Source: Tubiluchus corallicola (taxonomy: Eukaryota; Animalia; Priapulida). Taken from it: a stretch of 48,668 bases of DNA. A model generated the notes under the pieces. That model was not told the DNA's origin and did not search any database. It saw only the letters and a program-made list of their open reading frames with translations. Where the stretch lies: assembly GCA_030141605.1 (NCBI GenBank), contig JAQGDQ010001027.1:1-48668 (forward strand). The letters run 5' to 3'. Of the stretch, positions 40,836 through 48,668 are shown one piece after another; position 1 is the first letter of the stretch, and each line of letters opens with the position of its first letter. Both the position numbers and the translations under genes were made by a program.

Positions 40836-41659
40836 CTTTAATACAAATGCTATGCAAATACATGTAATTTGTAATAATCAAGTAGTGTTTCTAATACACC
40901 ACAAGTAATTGTTTAATCCACACATTACATAAACAACCTTAAATTCACAATAGAGATGGGCGGGAGTCTTCATACACGCCTGGTTTTACTCTGACCTGTG
41001 TGTTTTTCGATGGCTTTCAGTCAATGTGTTCATATTACAAAATAAAATTGCAATTAATGATCAAAATAGATTATTTTCACTTTTTCTCCTGTAAATAATT
41101 CACAGCAGTGAGTTAAACTTCAAATCTTCTCTTTTTGTACATAGTGGGAGATTTTACTAACATAAAATAAATAATTTCGTCTTCTTGCTAATTTTTCCAC
41201 ATCACGTCAGACATGTGATCATATCCTTTATAGCAAAAACATTTTTGTTTAATAAAGAAAGGCGTCGCAATAGGAAACGCAAATTTCCTTTTATGATATG
41301 TTGCATGGCTTCATAAACATAAACATTTCCAACAAAATCAGGTAATATGAGTGTAAAGTCTCCCATGTCGCCATGTGAGCATAAATCAGAATGAATTGCA
41401 CTTTGTGTAAGTGATATTGACGGGCCCAACATCAAGTAATTTAACTGATGACACCAACCTTAATAACAAAAGTGTCTGAGTATCAGACTGAAAGGGCACT
41501 GTGCCGCGTTATTAGATTTACTGGTCATTTGCTGGTCATTTAGTAGTCAGCGTTTCATGGCTAGAATTCTTGGTGTTGAGTTCTTCACATAACTGATAAC
41601 CTAAGTAGTTAGTCAGTAAGTAGAGAAACATTAATAACTTTTATAACATGTCACTAATT

Positions 41660-42411
41660 AATCTTCCTGGATATTGGTATCACTAACATATGCAGTCCAC
41701 TGTATTAACGTTGGCTAGTCGTGAAATTACATCCATTTCACACTTCAAACGAGAGCTCAAATCTCATTTAAGTTTTTCGTTGCGTAAGAAACATTTTTCA
41801 TTTGGTAAACCTCCAATTTCAGTGCATCATATCAGCATGAGAATCGGATTTTCTCAGCTAAACTATGACCTTTTCTCTAAAGGCTGTAAAAATAATAACG
41901 GTCATCCAGTATTGCCGACTTGTAACTGTGGATTTCGATTTGTCTGTTGAACACTTTTTGTTGCACTGTCCATTGTATCAACAAACTAGGGTTGTTATGT
42001 TTGATAAATTAAATGCAATACTTTTGCCTGAAAACCGTAATAAAGCTGCCTTAGGAACTAATGATCTGTTGAAGTTGTTGTTATTCGGAAAAGATGAATT
42101 TAACTATGTTGCTAACTGTAAAATATTCCAATGTATACATGACTTTATATTACGTACTAAACGCTGCCAGTAGTTTCTATCTGATATGAAATGCATCAGT
42201 CTTAAATATTCGTACATTAATATTTTCTAACCGTCATTTTCTACTAATGTGTAATGTATTCTTGTAGTGAAACTTGTCAGCTTGTGTAGTTATAGTCTAT
42301 TTTTACTGTAAATGTTCTTGTAAATAGTGTATAAAGTCTGTTGTGGCGGGGATCCTAAATCATGTTGTTCAAACTGTCTGATCCAATCCTATAATAAATT
42401 ATATTTAAACT
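41660..42411 (+). mobile_element. LINE 3' fragment, same family as 32203-32777, frameshifted
   Basis: ORFs 41690 and 41865 join to ...SISHFKRELKSHL...RIGFSQLNYDLF...CNCG / SVEHFLLHCPLY...; a short A-run follows. Confidence 0.75.
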
Positions 42412-42989
42412 AAAAAAAGCGTGGCATGAAGCAACAATATGTTTGTCTCTGCCACAAGAGACAGTATCACCGTGTAACAAGAATATTTTGATGCTTGGTC
42501 AATCAGTGAGTCTTTATAACGCCGCTGTGTTTACCACTAACGCATTACGAAAGGCTTGTTGAAACAACTGCATTAAACTTACTTTTAAATAGAGGAACTA
42601 AATCATTTCGGTATAGAATAGGCGAACAAAATACAGATTGCTGTCATTGTAATAATTCAACTCCTCAAACTCCAGAACGGATTATATTTGACTGTGATTT
42701 GGTAGACCACCAATTTCGAATAAATTTCTGCCCTCAGCCAACATAAGCGAGATTTATCTAAACAGAGATAAAGATGTGTGCCAGGCATATGTAAATATTG
42801 TTAGAGATGTTGTGCGGAAAAATTGTTATAAATTAATTCAAATTATATTTTACAGAAAAACATGTACTGAGTTAATCGTTATGTAAATTATAGTGTAAAA
42901 TATGTATGTACTTTAAATTTATTCTTAATAGGTGTTGTGAAAGTTAAAGTTGTGGTGTTGATGTACATATGTAAAAGTTATGTAAAAGT

Positions 42990-43150
42990 TATGATGATGC
43001 GCTGACTATCATGACGACGACGACGATGATGATGATTATGGTAATGAGGATTTGATGATTACAATGGTGGTGATAGTGATGATGCTGACAACAATGGTGA
43101 TGTAAGCTGACAATGACAACGAAGACAACAACGACGACGATGATGATGTT
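42990..43150. repeat. Degenerate (GAT/GAC)n tract
   Basis: Directly visible. Confidence 0.85.
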
Positions 43151-43861
43151 ACAGCTAAGTCGTGTGCTCATCCTATGCGTGACAAACTTTAGCCAAGGTA
43201 GGAATTTAACGCACGCCTCATGTCAAATATCAATACGTATTACACATAACTCAATTTCACGTCACCTGTGTCCCTGGACATTATCCATAAAACCTGACAT
43301 GAAAATGAAATTTGACACACTCAATTTCTCGTCTCCAAATCTAATTTCATGCGCCGCCATTGGCTCACGTACAGTGGGAGAAGCTCTGATCATTTCAACA
43401 GAGAGATATGAACCTGTACGGGGCTAATTCAAAGATTTACTGCTAGTAAAGAGGACCTGTTAAACTGTGTTAAAAGCATTAGATTATGATAGATAATTAT
43501 GTTGATGAATGCTGGCATGAAGCCAGTTAAGGAGTGGTGTCACGTGAGTAAGTGATTCAGAATCAAGGTGTCGAAGCTCCGCGCACGATATATAAGCCGT
43601 TTGATGTTTAATAAACGTGTAGTTTTATAATCAGCCTCTTTATAGTTTTGCCATTCCTAAAACACCAATAATCAGCTTCACGCAACCAATACAACGAATT
43701 ATTTTTACTCTGGTATTCACTCAGTTTATAAATAGAAATGACGTAACACGGAAATGATTTCTACAAACAAGAACTGATACAACTAATAAAAAAATACACG
43801 TTAAAGAAAAAAAATGACATGATGTTTTGATCCTGAAAAGCTTAAAGAATCCTAAAATGAA

Positions 43862-44040
43862 ATCAAAGACGAATTACACTTTGTTATAAAATGCCCATAT
43901 TACAATGATCTTAGAGAAAAATTATTTAATGACATCAATGTAATTAAACCAGAATTTTTCTTTATGAGCGATGCTGAAAATTTTTATTCCTGATGGGAAG
44001 TAATGATTTAGAAGTAATTAAGGTTTTTATTAATTATATC
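43862..44040 (+). mobile_element. LINE ORF2 C-terminal fragment (another family)
   Basis: Translates IKDELHFVIKCPYYNDLREKLFNDI..., the DE.HF...C..Y..LR..LF pattern of non-LTR C-termini; frameshifted downstream. Confidence 0.6.
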
Positions 44041-44876
44041 GTTTTTTTGCATTGCATGTATTTTTGGCACTAATTAAAATCAAGGAATATTAATCGCATC
44101 TATAACTGTTATTAGGAATTATCTTGACTTTGCTCATATAGCATGAGTTGATGCACAAAATTACAAATAAATTTTTACCAGAAAATCCTGGAATTTGCAA
44201 CAAAAATGATTAATGTGAAATACCACGGTCACAGAAAGAGGTCAGAGTTCACAGTAATAAAAAAATCACAAGAAAAACATACAGTCTCAATAACAAAACA
44301 GCGAAAGATACAAAACGTCACAACGGCATTGAGGTAAAAACACAAAAAATATGTAATTCCTAGGAGAAACCATCAGTCTATATATAGGAATGTGAGTTAC
44401 AACCGATTGTGGTGTGTTAAGATGAAAAGAAACTGTTTATGTAGACCATCCGATTGTGGTGTGTTAAGAAAAGAAAAAAACAGTTTGTGGCGTGTTATCA
44501 GAAGACAGCGATTAAAGAAAATGTTGAAGAATTTACAATCAAATAGCTGCACGAACCATGATTCAAAATTGTGGATAAATTAACATAAATTAACCTAATT
44601 AACCCTGGCAAGCTGGAGCAGTTCCAGCGACAGCTCAATATATAAACGTATAAAATTACACGTACAATATTTTCTGATACAATTACGCAGCCTGATATCC
44701 ATAATGCAGCATTCAATGAGACAGCATTTACTGTGGTTGATAAAAGCAGGACCGGTACCTAATTCATTATCAAGATGAGACATTGTACCAGCAGGGGTGT
44801 CTTGTCACATTCAGATACGCATAGGTCCTTCTTTAACAAGCTAAAAAGCTGCAATCATGCGTCTACGTACGTATAT

Positions 44877-44878
<2 letters not shown>

Positions 44879-44916
<38 letters not shown>

Positions 44917-44995
44917 GCGTGCGTGTGCGTGTGTGTGTGCGTGCATGCGTGCGTGCGTATGTCTGTGTGCACGGGCGTGCGGGCGTGTGTGTATG
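44879..44995. repeat. (GT)n/(GCGT)n microsatellite
   Basis: Directly visible. Confidence 0.95.
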
Positions 44996-46380
44996 TAAGT
45001 ATGTATGAACTGAAATGTGAGTGTGTCTAGTAATGTATGTATCACCAAGCACACACCGCAACCACTCGACTATTCACCTCTCCGCAAAAATAATTAATTA
45101 GCAACTATTGGTGATCAAACTTAATTGGGAAGCCAAAATGCATGACCCACAACGTTTAATTAGGTCAAGCGCATAAATTACTACCAATCAAGACGTACGG
45201 AGTCACGTGATCACAAAGAATCTGACTGGTCTAACAGGTTATTACCTACACTTCGCCTCTGGACATGAAGCCATAAATCATTGTTATTGTGAAATGACAT
45301 CAGCGTCCATTAACCCAATACCTTAACAATACACAGGAAGTCCATGGCTTCCCTACAGAACTACAACATAGTAATGAATAATGGAATGAGGGTGTTGCCA
45401 CTACACCTGATTTACCCCTGAGTTCCAGTCTCTTGAAATTCAGCAACACATCGGATTTTTTTTAAAAATTCTGAAATCTCCTAATTTTGACCATTGCATT
45501 GAAATTAAAGTAAAAAACACGGAAATGCATGAGTGCATATCCGGTCATAGAGAAATCTTGCAAGTAAATCTTGCTAGCGGTGGGAGGCATTTGGTAACAT
45601 TGCTTTCAAAGTGGGTGGGACTATAGGTAAGAAAGAAACAAATTTGCGTTGAAGAATTCCACGGATAAGAGGCCCGGTGGAAAACACAGGAAACAATATG
45701 AACACAGTAACAAAACAAAAATTAGGGGATCAAACCATCTCTAGTACAGGGAAGAGCTTCTGCATTAACTTTTCAAAATGGCGCGACAAACCTAACTACG
45801 GGTATCGTTTTACCGAAATAAAGCAGAATTGAATCGAATTAAATCAAACGGATACCGACAGCAGAAAGATTCCCGGTTTTTTCTTTTGTTTTTTTTTTCA
45901 CGTCGCTGAGATTTGTTTCGTTTCAAATTTGTTTTATTTTCGTATATGTTGCTCAACTCATTAAGCTTAAAAAAATCGTTCAGCTTTTTGCGTTATTTCC
46001 ACGTTTGCCCGAGAGAGGCGCTGACATCAAAAGTAGTTGGTGTTTGTGCTCTACAAACCCTGTGGCAGTGAGACTAAGAATCTTCCTGTCATCTTATTTA
46101 ACGAATCTAATTATCCGATTCATAATTTCGCAATAGTTCATTGTGCGCATGCGCAATTAGTGCACAACGTACGGCTGTTGTTATCGAAATGTTCACATAA
46201 ATGAACAACTCAAGGTAATCGTAATATTTTGGACTACAGAAATTAAATTTTTTCAATTTTTTTGGTAAGAATTCCACAGCTAAGAAGGTAAGGCGGAAAT
46301 CTTTAACTGACGCGTTTGTAAATATGGTAATGGAAATTGTTGCTGTTAGCAAATGTTGTAACATCTAAATGTTAAATCAG

Positions 46381-47019
46381 TTAAACGAAGACAGGATGAT
46401 TTTTCATATACTACCCCATTTTCAATTTCGATAAAAGGTATACATTTTAACACAATTCATACTGCAAAAGCGTTTCTGATAATTGAAGAATAGGTTAAAA
46501 ACTTTATTAACGATGGGCGAGCTCAAGGATTGATGACGTCACAAACTAACATAATTTTCAGCAGCCAAAATATTCCACGAGCGTTTTGCACGTGTTTGCA
46601 AAAAAGAAAATTGAACTACAGTGCTACTGTAAGATACTCAGTGTGTTACACTAAAACTAGGCAAGTTTTAAGATAAAAATTCAAATTTCAAATTTACTGC
46701 TGTGCTCACGCATGAGCTGTCGAACGTGACAAACTAACAAATCTGAAATGAGAGGTACAGCATCTGGCTTTTGTGCAATGCGTTTCAGAGAAATGCAGGC
46801 GCTAGTGCCCGTCTAACTAGCGAATGACGAAATGCTTGTAATGGCGAAGAACTAGTGGCTCGAACGTGAAATTGCGTTTGTGTGGTAATAATTCTTTCAC
46901 GTAAACCTTTTTTGAATAAATACTACGTTTCCTTCTAAAACTAGTATGTTTCCTTTCAATATTTTAAAGAGTAGATTGTTTTGATCTACAGTTTAATATT
47001 GGATCCAGTTTTGCTTTAA
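46381..47019 (+). mobile_element. Kolobok/T2-like MITE family A, full length
   Basis: TTAA-ACGAAGACAGGATG ... GGATCCAGTTTTGCT-TTAA. Confidence 0.88.
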
Positions 47020-47214
47020 ATGATTTGCAAAATTTAGTTCATTTTATTCTCGTACTGAAATTTTCAATTATATCTCACGTACAAACTAGGAACACATAAA
47101 ATTTCCTCTATAATCGTTGTGATAACTATCCGTTGCAGGTTAGTTAGAGATTTGAAATATTGCTTAAAAATTTTATTAGCGGCCAATGTATTTTTCTGAT
47201 TGTGATTTTTTGCA

Positions 47215-47312
47215 ATCATCATCATGATCATGATCTTCGTCATCGTAATTATCATCATCATCACCACCATGACCATCATCATCATCATCATCATCATCAC
47301 CACCACCATCAC

Positions 47313-47374
<62 letters not shown>

Positions 47375-47477
47375 CCACCATCACCATCATCATCATCATC
47401 AACAACAACATCATCGTCGTCGTCGTCATCATCATTATCATCATCATAATCATCATCACCACCACCATCACCACCAC

Positions 47478-47536
<59 letters not shown>

Positions 47537-47592
47537 CCACCATCATCATCAACATCATCATCAACATCATCATCACCATCATCATCATCATC
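47215..47592. repeat. (ATC/ACC)n trinucleotide tract
   Basis: Directly visible. Confidence 0.97.
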
Positions 47593-47645
47593 CATAAAAA
47601 TGCAAGTTTTCAAAATGGCTTTCCTTCCTAAGATAACCAGAATAA

Positions 47646-48668
<1,023 letters not shown>

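Overview
AT-rich, repeat-dense eukaryotic (metazoan-looking) DNA. I can support no intact protein-coding gene, rRNA, true tRNA or CRISPR array; almost all long ORFs are by-products of tandem repeats. The dominant structure is a ~13.3-kb giant inverted repeat: arms 1768-7702 and 9617-15041 around a 1.9-kb spacer. It sits between two near-identical direct copies of a ~1.7-kb block (1-1774 and 15034-16705), giving the layout B - inv(A) - X - A - B. The outer junction has 7-bp microhomology and truncates two nested transposons, which points to a template-switch (DUP-TRP/INV-DUP-like) origin, although a haplotype-joining assembly artefact is not excluded. The rest of the window holds eight copies of a TTAA-flanked Kolobok/T2-type MITE, a Helitron-like element, decayed LINE fragments, a tRNA-derived SINE head, small hairpin elements, and many unrelated mini- and microsatellites. 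All alignments were done by eye, so identities are qualitative and some boundaries are approximate.
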